Shown here one piece after another: positions 20,922 through 32,929 of a stretch of DNA of 64,000 bases (position 1 is the first letter of the stretch; the number at the start of each line of letters is the position of its first letter). A program made the translations under genes and the position numbers. The stretch covers positions 856,007 to 920,006 of the forward strand of contig JACROE010000002.1 of NCBI GenBank assembly GCA_016214565.1, read 5' to 3'. Origin of the DNA: Candidatus Kerfeldbacteria bacterium (GTDB taxonomy: Bacteria; Patescibacteriota; Patescibacteriia; UBA10025; JAHIVO01). The notes under the pieces were generated by a model. It was not told the origin of the DNA. It searched no databases and was given only the letters and a program-made list of their open reading frames with translations.

Positions 20922-21929
20922 ATGCATGATACGCTGAAAAAAATTCAACAGGAAACACTGCACCGGCTGACAACGATTTCGAGCCAAGCTGAATTGGAGT
21001 CTTTGGAGATTGCGGTGCTTGGCCGTAAAGGTTCACTGGCTGCGGCTATGCGGCAGATTACCGATTTGCCGGTGAGTGAACGCCCTCGCGCTGGCCAGCT
21101 GGCGAATCAGGTGAAACAAGAAATTACCCGAGCGATTGTTGCTGCCAGTAAACGATTTGCGCGCGGTGCTGAACAGGTGCCGGTCATTGACGTGACCTGG
21201 CCGGGTGCGGCGTATCCCCTGGGGCACATTCATCCGATTACGCAATTTGTCAACGAGATCGTAGATATTTTTAGTGGTATGGGATTTTCTGTGGTTGAAG
21301 GCACCGAGGTTGAAACTGCCGAATACAATTTTGACTTGCTCAATATCCCGAAAAATCATCCAGCGCGTGATCTCTGGGACACCTATTACATTGAAAAGAA
21401 TTTATTACTGCGAACGCATACCTCGCCGGTCCAGCTGCGCGCCATGACGAAATTGAAAGCGCCAGTGCGCATTATTGCTCCGGGACGCGTCTTCCGCCAT
21501 GAAGCCACTGACGCCGGACATGAATCGATGTTTTACCAGTGCGAGGGTTTGGTGATCGATAAACATATTTCCGTGGCACATCTGATCGGTACTTTGGATC
21601 AATTATTGAAAGCGGTGTATGGCAAACAGGTAAAGACCCGCGTGCGACCTGAGTATTATCCGTTTGTCGAACCAGGATTAGACGTGGACATGCAGTGCTT
21701 GATTTGCAATGGCGTCGGCTGCTCGGTGTGCAAACAGCGCGGCTGGCTGGAAATGCTGGGCTCGGGCATGGTGCATCCGCAGGTGCTGAAGAATATGGGC
21801 GTGGATCCCGAAAAATATTCTGGGTTCGCTTTTGGTCTGGGCATCGATCGGCTGATGATGCTGAAACACGGAATCAATGATATCCGCCTGTCATACAGCG
21901 GGGATCTCAGGTTTCTTGAGCAGTTTTAG
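20922..21929 (+). CDS. pheS: Phenylalanine-tRNA ligase alpha subunit
   Basis: GHIHP, NHPARD, LLRTHTS, YPFVEP, GFAFGLGIDR. Confidence 0.97.
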   Translation: MHDTLKKIQQETLHRLTTISSQAELESLEIAVLGRKGSLAAAMRQITDLPVSERPRAGQLANQVKQEITRAIVAASKRFARGAEQVPVIDVTWPGAAYPLGHIHPITQFVNEIVDIFSGMGFSVVEGTEVETAEYNFDLLNIPKNHPARDLWDTYYIEKNLLLRTHTSPVQLRAMTKLKAPVRIIAPGRVFRHEATDAGHESMFYQCEGLVIDKHISVAHLIGTLDQLLKAVYGKQVKTRVRPEYYPFVEPGLDVDMQCLICNGVGCSVCKQRGWLEMLGSGMVHPQVLKNMGVDPEKYSGFAFGLGIDRLMMLKHGINDIRLSYSGDLRFLEQF

Positions 21930-22423
21930 TTTTGAGAAGGTAGTAAAGATGAGTAGCTTGTGTAGAGTTTTATGAGTAGGTAGCTCGAAGGAGTAGGTTG
22001 TAAGTAGTTATTAAGAGAAAAATTGTGGCGAAAAATTTCGAAAATTTAAAAGTCTGGCAAGAAAGCGTTGATTTGGTGAGTTTAATTTATCGTGAAACAA
22101 AAAGATTTCCTCAAGCTGAACAATTTGGGTTAACCAGTCAGATTAGGCGTGCCGTTGTCTCTGTGCCATCGAATATTGCTGAGGGAGCCGGACGGTCATC
22201 CAGGCCAGAATTTATCCGATTTATTAATATTTCCCTAGGTTCTCTCAATGAAGTTGAAAGTTTGATACATGTATCGGTGAAACTTAATTTTATTTCAGAG
22301 AAAACCTTTCAACAATTAAAAGATAAAATTAATCAACTAGGTATTTCATTAGGTGCGTTTAAAAGGTATTTAGCACACCATTCATAAACTACCTTCTACA
22401 ATCTCTTAAACTACTTACTCATC
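21930..22423. mobile_element. Putative inserted element: four-helix-bundle gene flanked by degenerate inverted repeats
   Basis: Upstream AGAAGGTAGT, GATGAGTAG and GTAAGTAGTTATTAAGAGA are reverse-complemented downstream (ACTACCTTCT, TCTCTTAAACTACTTACTCATC); interrupts pheS-pheT. Confidence 0.5.
22025..22387 (+). CDS. Four helix bundle protein (23S rRNA IVP/bAvd-like)
   Basis: FENLKVWQ, FPQAEQFGLTSQIRRAVVSVPSNIAEG, GSLNEVES. Confidence 0.92.
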   Translation: MAKNFENLKVWQESVDLVSLIYRETKRFPQAEQFGLTSQIRRAVVSVPSNIAEGAGRSSRPEFIRFINISLGSLNEVESLIHVSVKLNFISEKTFQQLKDKINQLGISLGAFKRYLAHHS

Positions 22424-24775
22424 ATGCTGCTCCCAATCAAATGGCTCAAAGAATACGTGACAGTCAAGCAAACGCCAGCCCAGGTGGCGGAAGTGTTGAC
22501 CTTGGCGGGATTTGAGGTGGAGCGCATTATTCCGCCGAATCACGCGTTGGACGCGGTGGTCGTGGGCGAGATTAAAACGATTATTGATCATGCTGAGGCA
22601 GATCGTTTGTGCGTCTGTACGGTGGCGATTGGCAAGCGCGGCACCGAAACTATTGTCTGTGGCGCGAAAAACATCAAGCCAGGGGACAAAGTACCAGTGG
22701 CCTTGCCTGGCACTACGTTGCCAAATGGTATGACGATTGAGAAACGGATGATCCGCGGAATAGAATCACACGGCATGTTGTGTGCGGCAGATGAACTAGG
22801 ACTCGGAGATGATCATGGCGGAATTTTTATTCTTGATGCTAGCGCACCATTGGGACAGAAATTACCCGTGACATTAGGTCTGCATGACGCAGTTTTGGAT
22901 ATCAATGTGCCGCCGCAGCGTGCGGACGCGCAATCCTTAATTGGTATGGCACGCGAGTATGCCGCGTTGACCAATCAAACCGTTAAGCTCCCGAAAGTGA
23001 CAATCGCCGAAGCCAAAGGCCGCCAACAGAAATTCACGGTCAAAGTCCGCGATACCGTCGGTTGCCCGAAATACACGGCGCGGGTATTGCGCAATATTAC
23101 CGTCGGTCCGTCACCGGTGTGGCTGCAAAACCGATTGCGCGCTGCCGGACATACGCCGATTAATAATATTGTTGACGTGACTAATTTTGTGATGCTGGAA
23201 ATGGGCCAGCCAATGCATGCCTTTGATGCAGAACATATTGAAGGGCATACCATAATCGTAAAAACAGCCGGCCGCGCCCAATCGTTTGTTACCCTGGATG
23301 GCGTGGAGCGGAAATTACCCAGCACTGCCTTGATGATTAATGACGCGAAAAAAACATTAGCCATTGCCGGCATCATGGGTGGCCAGCAGACGGCTATTTC
23401 AAACAAGACGAAAACAATTGTATTAGAATCAGCAATTTTTAAACCGTTATCTGTCCGCATAACCCGCCAGCATCTATCGTTAGCCACCGATGCCTCAATG
23501 CGTTTTGAGCGCTGCATCTGGTGGGGATTGCCGGAAGCAGCACTTGATCGTGCCACGCAATTGATTCAGGAATGCGCCGGTGGCGTGGTTGCCTCGCCGC
23601 GCATTATCGTGGCTCGCCAGCCGGTGGAAAAATCAAAAACGGTGGCAGTCAATCCAGAAACCATCCGCCAATTAATCGGCACGGCTATTGCTGATGCGGT
23701 GATGCAAAAATCATTAGAGCGATTAGGTTTTGTTGTTGCTGTAAAACGTCCTGACCAATGGCAGGTGAGCGCGCCGGCCTGGCGCAGCGATATTCATCTG
23801 ATGGCGGATGTGGTGGAAGAAATTGGGCGCAGCTATGGTTGGAATCGATTAGCCGCCAAACCATTAGCCCATGCTTCACAACCGGTGGCGCATGCACCGG
23901 AATTCTTGGCACGCAGGCGGGTGGTCAATATTTTACGCGCGTGCGATTTGATTGAAACGTATAATTATTCGACGTATGGCGCCGATGTCATTGAGCAGTT
24001 TGACTGGGAGACGAAGGATCATTATCAAGTGATGAATCCGATGAATGCCGAGCAGGCATATCTGCGTATGAGTTTAGTGCCCGGATTATATTTAAATCTT
24101 TTACAAACGTATCAAGAGCGGCCGCAGCTTCAGCTCACCGAGATTGGTCGGGTTTTTTACAAAACAAATCGTCCTATGCCTGAGGAGCGCGTGATGATCG
24201 CGGCGTTGCTGTATGATCGTACGGCCAAGCGCGGCACGCCCGGCCCGATTCATGAATTGCAGGGTATCATACAGACCCTAGTCAAAGAATTAGGCATTTC
24301 ACTTAATGAATTGCAATTCGCCGTTAATTCTGACCGGGCTCGGGTGGTTGATGTCATGCTCGGGGGGAGTATCATCGGCTGGTACGGTTGGTTGATCCAG
24401 CACGAGCAAAAGCTAGGCGTTCCGCCAGTGTGGTTTGAAATTGATCTAGCAAAATTAATGAGCCATGTTCCTGCGGTGCGACGCTATCAGCCGATCGTTA
24501 ATTATCCGAGCGTGATTCGCGATATGACCTTTGCCACGCCTATTGCGGTTTCATTTTTCAAAATGCGCGATGCAATACAGAATATGTCACCTTTGATTCA
24601 GAGCGTGGAAGCACGCGCGGTGTACCCACTGGATGAGGCTACGCGGCGCGCTACTATTCGCATTAAATATCAGTCTGCCGAGCGTACGTTGCACACCGAT
24701 GACGTGGATTCCCTCCAAACCAAGATTGTCAGTATGATGGAGCACCATTTCCAAGCAATTCTTGCCGAAAAATAA
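22424..24775 (+). CDS. pheT: Phenylalanine-tRNA ligase beta subunit
   Basis: WLKEY, IVCGA, INNIVDVTN, GQPMHAFD, EEIGR. Confidence 0.95.
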   Translation: MLLPIKWLKEYVTVKQTPAQVAEVLTLAGFEVERIIPPNHALDAVVVGEIKTIIDHAEADRLCVCTVAIGKRGTETIVCGAKNIKPGDKVPVALPGTTLPNGMTIEKRMIRGIESHGMLCAADELGLGDDHGGIFILDASAPLGQKLPVTLGLHDAVLDINVPPQRADAQSLIGMAREYAALTNQTVKLPKVTIAEAKGRQQKFTVKVRDTVGCPKYTARVLRNITVGPSPVWLQNRLRAAGHTPINNIVDVTNFVMLEMGQPMHAFDAEHIEGHTIIVKTAGRAQSFVTLDGVERKLPSTALMINDAKKTLAIAGIMGGQQTAISNKTKTIVLESAIFKPLSVRITRQHLSLATDASMRFERCIWWGLPEAALDRATQLIQECAGGVVASPRIIVARQPVEKSKTVAVNPETIRQLIGTAIADAVMQKSLERLGFVVAVKRPDQWQVSAPAWRSDIHLMADVVEEIGRSYGWNRLAAKPLAHASQPVAHAPEFLARRRVVNILRACDLIETYNYSTYGADVIEQFDWETKDHYQVMNPMNAEQAYLRMSLVPGLYLNLLQTYQERPQLQLTEIGRVFYKTNRPMPEERVMIAALLYDRTAKRGTPGPIHELQGIIQTLVKELGISLNELQFAVNSDRARVVDVMLGGSIIGWYGWLIQHEQKLGVPPVWFEIDLAKLMSHVPAVRRYQPIVNYPSVIRDMTFATPIAVSFFKMRDAIQNMSPLIQSVEARAVYPLDEATRRATIRIKYQSAERTLHTDDVDSLQTKIVSMMEHHFQAILAEK

Positions 24776-24811
24776 TTATACGTAATTAATAATCAAACAA
24801 ATCAGCATTAA

Positions 24812-26893
<2,082 letters not shown>

Positions 26894-26903
26894 ATTGAGT
26901 GTA

Positions 26904-27072
26904 GCCACTTTTCTTAGCGCCTGGTATCTTGTTACTTTTCTTGGCAGCAATAATACCATTTCGCCATTTTCTTAGCGCCAAGAAAAGTGGCAGAAAAGAA
27001 GCGCTGGGATTTTTATTCGCGAGGTACTAATATACGTAGTGCATGATTGGATGGGCACAGGAAAAATCCCAG
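26904..27072. repeat. Palindromic/direct repeat cluster
   Basis: Three TTTTCTTRGC copies plus complement CAAGAAAAGTGGC; CTGGGATTTTT pairs with AAAAATCCCAG. Confidence 0.6.
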
Positions 27073-27110
27073 ACCCTTATTCTCATTGAGTAACGGCTGC
27101 AAAATTTTTT

Positions 27111-27812
27111 ATGAATAAGGCTCAATTAGAACAAGTTACAAAAGCCTTGCGCATTGTTGAGCAGGCGTTTGTGTCAGTGAAACGGGAGTTACACCTTGGT
27201 GTCACAGAAATTCAGATCGCACGGTGGCTGAAAAAATATTTTAAGGATGCTGGCTATCCACGATTGGCGTTTCCTAGTATTGTGGCGTTCGGCACCAATG
27301 CCGCCGTGCCGCACCACGTCCCGACTGCCCGCCCGTTGCGTAGCGGCGTGACCGTCAAAATTGACTGCGGTGTCCGCGTGGCGAGTGCTTGCACTGATGT
27401 GACACGGACATTTTGGTTTGGCAAACCAAACGCATTATTTCGCCGGCGGTATCGGGCAGTACTTGAAGCGCAACGCCTCGCTATTGCTGCCGTACGCCCG
27501 TGTGTGTTGGGAAGTACGGTTGACCAGGTGGCGCGGGGCTATTTGCGGGAGCAGGGGATTGGTAACTACTTTATTCATGGCACGGGCCATGGCATCGGCT
27601 TTCGCATTCACCAAAAGCCGTACTTGAGTCCCAAGCGGGGCAGCGGCAGGTTGCAGAGCGGCCAGCTGGTGACCGTGGAACCGGGGGTGTATTTCCCAGC
27701 TTGGGGCGGTATCCGGGTAGAGGATATGGTGCTGGTAACCGATCGAGGCAGACAGATATTATCCCCTAATATTCAAAAAATGCCCAATAAAATTGAGATT
27801 TCTCCACATTGA
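27111..27812 (+). CDS. M24 Xaa-Pro peptidase, catalytic domain only
   Basis: [31 protein letters not shown]. Confidence 0.88.
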   Translation: MNKAQLEQVTKALRIVEQAFVSVKRELHLGVTEIQIARWLKKYFKDAGYPRLAFPSIVAFGTNAAVPHHVPTARPLRSGVTVKIDCGVRVASACTDVTRTFWFGKPNALFRRRYRAVLEAQRLAIAAVRPCVLGSTVDQVARGYLREQGIGNYFIHGTGHGIGFRIHQKPYLSPKRGSGRLQSGQLVTVEPGVYFPAWGGIRVEDMVLVTDRGRQILSPNIQKMPNKIEISPH

Positions 27813-27837
27813 CAGCTTTTGGGGCGGGGTGTAGTAT
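27809..27837 (+). promoter_or_regulatory. Sigma70-type promoter of secE-nusG
   Basis: TTGACA-17bp-TAGTAT. Confidence 0.6.
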
Positions 27838-27892
27838 GGTAAATACAAATCCCCTCCGAAACGAACTGAGGGGTTTTAAAGACCGAAAAACT

Positions 27893-28078
27893 ATGGCAAA
27901 CCGCATTATTTCCTATATTCGCGAGTCCCGGGATGAGCTCAAAAAGGTTCTCTGGCCATCCAAGGCAGAGACCGTGAAATATACCTTACTGGTCGTGGGT
28001 ATTAGTCTCGGGGTGGCACTTTTCTTAGGTGCTGTTGATTTCGGGCTTAATTTATTAGTTGAGAAATTGATCGTCTAG
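27893..28078 (+). CDS. secE: Preprotein translocase SecE
   Basis: ELKKVLWPS plus one TM helix; precedes nusG. Confidence 0.93.
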   Translation: MANRIISYIRESRDELKKVLWPSKAETVKYTLLVVGISLGVALFLGAVDFGLNLLVEKLIV

Positions 28079-28084
28079 GTATTT

Positions 28085-28630
28085 ATGCCGAAGCAAACAC
28101 TTCAACAAGGCCGTCGCTGGTACGTCCTCCACACCTATTCTGGGTATGAAGAAAACGTGGCGCGCAACCTCCGTCAGCGTATTGAGTCCATGGACATGCA
28201 GGACAAAATTTTTAACGTGCTGATTCCTACAGAAAACAAGATTAAGATTAAGAACGGCAAACGTCGCGTGGTCACTGAAAAGATTTTTCCAGGATATGTA
28301 TTAGTTGAAATGGTAGTGACTGATGATTCCTGGTACGTGGTGCGAAATACGCCGAACGTCACCGGTTTTGTCGGTTCTGGTACGACCCCGACTCCTATTT
28401 CCGAAGATGAAGTCAAAGAAATTCAGCGGCGCATGGGCGTGGAAGAGCCGAAATACAAGATTGACGTCAATCAAGGTACGCCAGTGAAGATTACTGATGG
28501 ACCGTTCAAAGAATACGAAGGTAAAGTCAGCGAAGTGGACGAAGCGCGCGGCAAAGTGAAGGTGCTGGTGGCTATGTTCGGCCGCGAAACGCCTATTGAA
28601 CTCGACTTTCTTCAAATCAAAAAGATATAG
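28085..28630 (+). CDS. nusG: Transcription factor NusG
   Basis: WYVLHTYSGYE, FPGYVLV, VRNTPNVTGF, KOW domain. Confidence 0.97.
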   Translation: MPKQTLQQGRRWYVLHTYSGYEENVARNLRQRIESMDMQDKIFNVLIPTENKIKIKNGKRRVVTEKIFPGYVLVEMVVTDDSWYVVRNTPNVTGFVGSGTTPTPISEDEVKEIQRRMGVEEPKYKIDVNQGTPVKITDGPFKEYEGKVSEVDEARGKVKVLVAMFGRETPIELDFLQIKKI

Positions 28631-28633
28631 TTT

Positions 28634-28710
28634 GATAATTTCTAATTAAGAATTTCTAATTTCTAATCTTAACGCTTCTTTAGAAATTAGGAATTAGTTA
28701 TTCGACATTC
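28634..28710. repeat. Heptamer (AATTTCT) repeats followed by their complements
   Basis: AATTTCT x3, then AGAAATT-AGGAATT-AGTTATT. Confidence 0.65.
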
Positions 28711-28717
28711 TACATAT

Positions 28718-29143
28718 ATGGCAGGCAAACCAATCAAAACAATGGTGAAAATTCAGCTGCCGGCTGGCAAGGCAACTCCGGCGCCTCCCGTCGGTACCGC
28801 ACTTGGGCCACACGGGCTGAACATTCAGGATTTCTGCACGAAATTTAACGCGCAGACAAAAGATAAAATGGGAGACATTATCCCGGTGGAAATTACGATC
28901 TTTGAAGATCGGACATTTACATTTATTTTAAAAACTCCTCCAGCCGCCGAATTGCTGAAAAAAGCCGCCGGTATCCAAAAAGGATCCAGCGACCCGCTCA
29001 AGATTAAAGTGGGTTCAGTCACTCGGGCACAGCTTGAGGAAATCGCCAAAATAAAAATGGTTGATTTGAACGCGGGCAGTCTCGATGCCGCGGTTAATAT
29101 CATTGCCGGTACTGCTCGTAATATGGGCATAACCATTAAATAA
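28718..29143 (+). CDS. rplK: 50S ribosomal protein L11
   Basis: [24 protein letters not shown]. Confidence 0.97.
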   Translation: MAGKPIKTMVKIQLPAGKATPAPPVGTALGPHGLNIQDFCTKFNAQTKDKMGDIIPVEITIFEDRTFTFILKTPPAAELLKKAAGIQKGSSDPLKIKVGSVTRAQLEEIAKIKMVDLNAGSLDAAVNIIAGTARNMGITIK

Positions 29144-29152
29144 CGATTCTTT

Positions 29153-30151
29153 ATGGATTCGTTTACAAACATGATAGGCTTTCTAATCCCATTCGGCATG
29201 CTAGCGCTGCTCGCCTGCGCTATTGCTGCCATAATCGAAGGAAAAAATATGACTAAGAAAGGTTCCGTCATTCGTAGTCTGTACTTTTATCTGGCTTCAT
29301 TGGTGACCCTTGCCATTGTGGTTGGATCGGTTATTTTCCTGATTAACCTCGGTTTGAAGGTGTGGGTCTTTACTGATGCGAATACGAATGCTAATTACTA
29401 CGGCCCACCACCGTCATTATCACTTGACTCAGGTACCACGACTGACCCGGCAAAAGTTGAAGCCGGCACACCGACCGTACTTGCCTGCACCAGTGATTGC
29501 ACTCTGACCGCTATCCAAAAAGAGAGTATTGAATCATGGAAAACCAGCTATACCTCATGGCAGGACTCGGTGAAAAACGTCAACGGCCGCAACGCCCGTG
29601 ACGCCGTGGCTGCGCTTTCATTCTTGATCGTTGCTTTACCGTTCTTCATTATTCATTACCGAATTGTTCAACGAGACCATAAGAATGCCGCAGAAGAAGA
29701 AAAAGATAAATTAGTCATCCGCCCTACCTATTTCTACTTCGTATCACTTGGTTCGTTATTGATGATTGTCATCGCCGGTGGTTTCTTGATTAATTTGGTG
29801 CTGAAGACCTGGGTGTTCCCGGCTGCCGGGGAAGCAGACGATCAGGCTTCACGCATATATGCCACCGAACAAACCCTAGCTACTGAAAAATCCGCGGTGG
29901 TCAGTATCACTGAATGCGGCGCTAAATGTGGTTTGGATGCAGAAACGGTAGCGCTGGCAAGCCAGTGGGTGACTGACTATGATAACTGGCAGAAAGAATC
30001 AAATGACAATAATAACGTGCATCGCCAAGCAGCCGGCTCGATTCCCTATATTCTCGTTGGTTTGCCCTTACTCTGGTATCACTGGTCAGCAGTGCGTCGG
30101 GAAGCGAAGGATAAGAAAGTTGTCACGCCAGTTCCTCCAACACAATCATAA
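29153..30151 (+). CDS. Membrane protein with internal duplication (DUF5671-like)
   Basis: IRSLYFYLASL...INLGLKVWVF and IRPTYFYFVSL...INLVLKTWVF repeats. Confidence 0.7.
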   Translation: MDSFTNMIGFLIPFGMLALLACAIAAIIEGKNMTKKGSVIRSLYFYLASLVTLAIVVGSVIFLINLGLKVWVFTDANTNANYYGPPPSLSLDSGTTTDPAKVEAGTPTVLACTSDCTLTAIQKESIESWKTSYTSWQDSVKNVNGRNARDAVAALSFLIVALPFFIIHYRIVQRDHKNAAEEEKDKLVIRPTYFYFVSLGSLLMIVIAGGFLINLVLKTWVFPAAGEADDQASRIYATEQTLATEKSAVVSITECGAKCGLDAETVALASQWVTDYDNWQKESNDNNNVHRQAAGSIPYILVGLPLLWYHWSAVRREAKDKKVVTPVPPTQS

Positions 30152-30161
30152 CTAATTATTA

Positions 30162-30209
30162 TTTTGTGGGACTGTCCGGTTCGTTGCCGGGTGGGTTCGC
30201 ACCACGAAA
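30162..30209 (+). promoter_or_regulatory. Putative L1-binding leader hairpin
   Basis: TTTTGTGG(GA)...(A)CCACGAAA stem directly upstream of the rplA RBS. Confidence 0.5.
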
Positions 30210-30218
30210 GGAATCTCT

Positions 30219-30899
30219 ATGAAACGATCTAAGAAATACGAAGCTGCCCTGAAGCTCGTTGATCAGAATAAGCAGTATGCACCGGCTGACGCGTTTGCGC
30301 TCGTTCCACAAACCAGCGCCACTAAGTTTGACGCAGGTGTGGAAGTGCATATTCGTCTCGGCATTGATCCGAAGAAAGCAGAACAAATGGTTCGCGGCTC
30401 TGTAGTATTACCGCACGGCACCGGCAAGAAGAAACGTATTGCCGTTTTTTGCGAGGAAAAGGATCAAGCCGCTGCGAAAGCCGCAGGCGCTGATTTGGTT
30501 GGCGGTGAAGAATTAATCAAAGAAATCAAAACCACCAACGTGATTGATTTTGACATTGCCGTCGCTACCCCTGCCATCATGAAGAGCATGGGGCCGATTG
30601 CTAAGATTCTCGGGCCCAAAGGTCTGATGCCGAATCCGCGCAATGAAACCGTGACTCCGAAAATCGCGGAGGCAGTCAAGGCCTTAAGCGGGGGCAAGAT
30701 TACGTTCCGTAATGACGACACCGGCAATATTCATCAGTTGATCGGTCGGGTTTCATTTGGCTCGGAAAAACTACTCCAAAACTATGAAGCCTTCCTGGAT
30801 GCTATTCGTCGGGTCAAACCCAATACGGTCAAAGGTAGCTATCTCCAAAACATCACCATCTCCAGCAGCATGGGGCCGGGGATACACGTCAAAGCCTAA
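30219..30899 (+). CDS. rplA: 50S ribosomal protein L1
   Basis: [25 protein letters not shown]. Confidence 0.97.
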   Translation: MKRSKKYEAALKLVDQNKQYAPADAFALVPQTSATKFDAGVEVHIRLGIDPKKAEQMVRGSVVLPHGTGKKKRIAVFCEEKDQAAAKAAGADLVGGEELIKEIKTTNVIDFDIAVATPAIMKSMGPIAKILGPKGLMPNPRNETVTPKIAEAVKALSGGKITFRNDDTGNIHQLIGRVSFGSEKLLQNYEAFLDAIRRVKPNTVKGSYLQNITISSSMGPGIHVKA

Positions 30900-30921
30900 C
30901 CATTCATCATTCATATCAATT

Positions 30922-31416
30922 ATGAAAAGCCGCGCACAGTATATCTCGTGGGACGAATGTTTTATGCGCATGGCGCATGTCATCGCAGAGCGATCGAAGG
31001 ATCCAAGCACGCAGGCCGGTGCCGTAATTGCGAATGCACAAAATGTCGTGGTGGGCTTGGGTTACAATGGTTGGCCGCGCGGCATTGAGGATGATGCGTT
31101 GCCCTGGGAGCGCAGTGGTGAAAATTTACCAGACACAAAATACGCCTACGTTGTACATGCGGAGGAAAATGCGGTGTATAATGCTAATGCCAATACCGAA
31201 GGCGGAAAAATTTACACCACGTTATTTCCCTGCAATGAGTGCGCTAAGACCATTATTCAGACGGGCATCAAAGAGGTGATCTATGAAAGTGATAAATACC
31301 ATGACGAACCAGTCTGGGTGGCTTCACGTAAATTGTTTGACCTCGCGGGAGTGAAATGCCGCCAGTACCATTCGGATTGGTCGGACGTGAAGATTCCTCA
31401 TAAGCATCAATCATAA
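30922..31416 (+). CDS. dCMP deaminase
   Basis: SWDECFM, RSKDP, HAEENA, FPCNECAK. Confidence 0.93.
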   Translation: MKSRAQYISWDECFMRMAHVIAERSKDPSTQAGAVIANAQNVVVGLGYNGWPRGIEDDALPWERSGENLPDTKYAYVVHAEENAVYNANANTEGGKIYTTLFPCNECAKTIIQTGIKEVIYESDKYHDEPVWVASRKLFDLAGVKCRQYHSDWSDVKIPHKHQS

Positions 31417-31417
31417 T

Positions 31418-31960
31418 ATGATTATTGGATTAGTTGGACCATTAGCCACCGGCAAGGGTACGATTACCGAATACCTCGTGAAACAGCACGGTGCAAAAGC
31501 CGTGAAGTTCTCACAACCCTTGCGCGACATGATTAACCGCTGCTACGTCCACGAAACCCGCGAAGCCATGTCTCAGCTGGCGCAACTGATGCGAGCGAAT
31601 TATGGCAATGATATTTTGGTCAAAACATTGATCAAAGATCTAGAAAAAATGGATGTGCCCATCGCCGTGTTTGATGGTATTCGGTATTTTGACGAATACA
31701 ATGCCCTGCGCGAGCGGAAAGATTTTCGATTATGGGCAGTCGCAACTGACTTAACCGTTCGCCATAGCCGTATCGTCAAGCGGGGAGAGAATGCGGGCGA
31801 AGCTGATCTGACCCTGGATCAATTCAAAGCGCAGCACGAATTGCCCACTGAACTGGCGATTCCGGACATTATGCAGAAGGCCGACGTCACCATCAATAAC
31901 AACGGCTCAATGGAAGAGCTGTACGCCCAGATTGATGCATTGGTTGCCAAGCTGAAATAA
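31418..31960 (+). CDS. P-loop nucleotide kinase (dNMP/dephospho-CoA kinase-like)
   Basis: GPLATGKGT, FDGIR, ADVTINNNGS; lies between deaminase and dut. Confidence 0.75.
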   Translation: MIIGLVGPLATGKGTITEYLVKQHGAKAVKFSQPLRDMINRCYVHETREAMSQLAQLMRANYGNDILVKTLIKDLEKMDVPIAVFDGIRYFDEYNALRERKDFRLWAVATDLTVRHSRIVKRGENAGEADLTLDQFKAQHELPTELAIPDIMQKADVTINNNGSMEELYAQIDALVAKLK

Positions 31961-31961
31961 T

Positions 31962-32384
31962 ATGCAAGCGAAATTCAAACGACTTCATCTGAATGCAAAA
32001 CTGCCGGTCCACGGTCGGCCCGGAGACGCGGGTTTGGATTTGTTTGCGCCTGAGGATGTCATTATTCCACCGCACGAACGAAAGCAGATTCCATTAGGTT
32101 TTGCTATGGAGATACCGAGTGAGTATGTGGCTTTGGTTTGGGATCGCAGCGGTATGGCCGCCAAGATGGGCATTCATTCCATGGCTGGCGTGATTGACAG
32201 CACGTACCGTGGTGAGATAAAGCTGGTGCTGTACAATACTACGAACGAACCATATCAGATTAACGCTGGTGATAAGGTTGCCCAGATGGTGATCCAGCGG
32301 CACGAGACGGTGAGCTTCACGGAAGTGGATGAATTGTCAGAAACGGAGCGCGGGGAGCAGGGGTTTCTGTCGAGTGGGAAGTAG
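31962..32384 (+). CDS. dut: dUTP diphosphatase
   Basis: DAGLDL, DRSG, AGVIDSTYRG, KVAQ, ERGEQGFLSSG. Confidence 0.96.
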   Translation: MQAKFKRLHLNAKLPVHGRPGDAGLDLFAPEDVIIPPHERKQIPLGFAMEIPSEYVALVWDRSGMAAKMGIHSMAGVIDSTYRGEIKLVLYNTTNEPYQINAGDKVAQMVIQRHETVSFTEVDELSETERGEQGFLSSGK

Positions 32385-32401
32385 GTAAATGACATATTTT
32401 C

Positions 32402-32710
32402 ATGAGTACTCAAAAACTCTCAGCAGGCGTGGCACATGCCATGCCCCCAGATCTCAAGAAAGCACTGCTTGGTGACACAAAAGCAATGGGTCTGTGGGAA
32501 AGTTTGACGCCCTTGGCGCGCAATGAGTGGATCTGTTGGGTGGAGGCGGTGAAGACTGCCGAGACTCGCCAGGATCACGTCCGACGGACCGTTACCGAGC
32601 TGAAAGAGGGAATGCGTCGTCCCTGCTGCTGGATAGGGTGTATCCACCGTACCGACAAACCGATGAGCCGATCACAAAAATTTATCCTCGGCAAACGGAA
32701 TCGGAAGTAG
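32402..32710 (+). CDS. YdeI/OmpD-associated family protein
   Basis: PPDLKKAL...LTPLARNEWICWV...AKT-like pattern. Confidence 0.8.
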   Translation: MSTQKLSAGVAHAMPPDLKKALLGDTKAMGLWESLTPLARNEWICWVEAVKTAETRQDHVRRTVTELKEGMRRPCCWIGCIHRTDKPMSRSQKFILGKRNRK

Positions 32711-32847
32711 TTTTGACAGAGCCGGCGGCAGAGTCGTAGAATGATAGTACCAACCTTCCCCATCACTGGGGATTTTTATATATGCATTGGTTTTTGACTC
32801 GACCGCCCCTCTTCACCAGCATATTGATTCGGCCTCCACATCACATT

Positions 32848-32870
32848 TCCCCTCCTTTGCAAGGAGGGGA
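32848..32870. repeat. REP-like hairpin upstream of DUF559 gene
   Basis: TCCCCTCCT-TTGCA-AGGAGGGGA. Confidence 0.65.
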
Positions 32871-32929
32871 TGAAATACGCTAGCCGATACCATGCCCTTA
32901 CGTGTGGGCGGTTGGTCCACAACTCCACT

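Noticed and set aside
22025-22387. Diversity-generating retroelement (Avd-like gene)
   Set aside because: No reverse transcriptase and no TR/VR pair seen in the window
22975-23556. Long antisense ORFs within pheT, gyrB, thrS and dnaE
   Set aside because: Shadow frames of conserved genes
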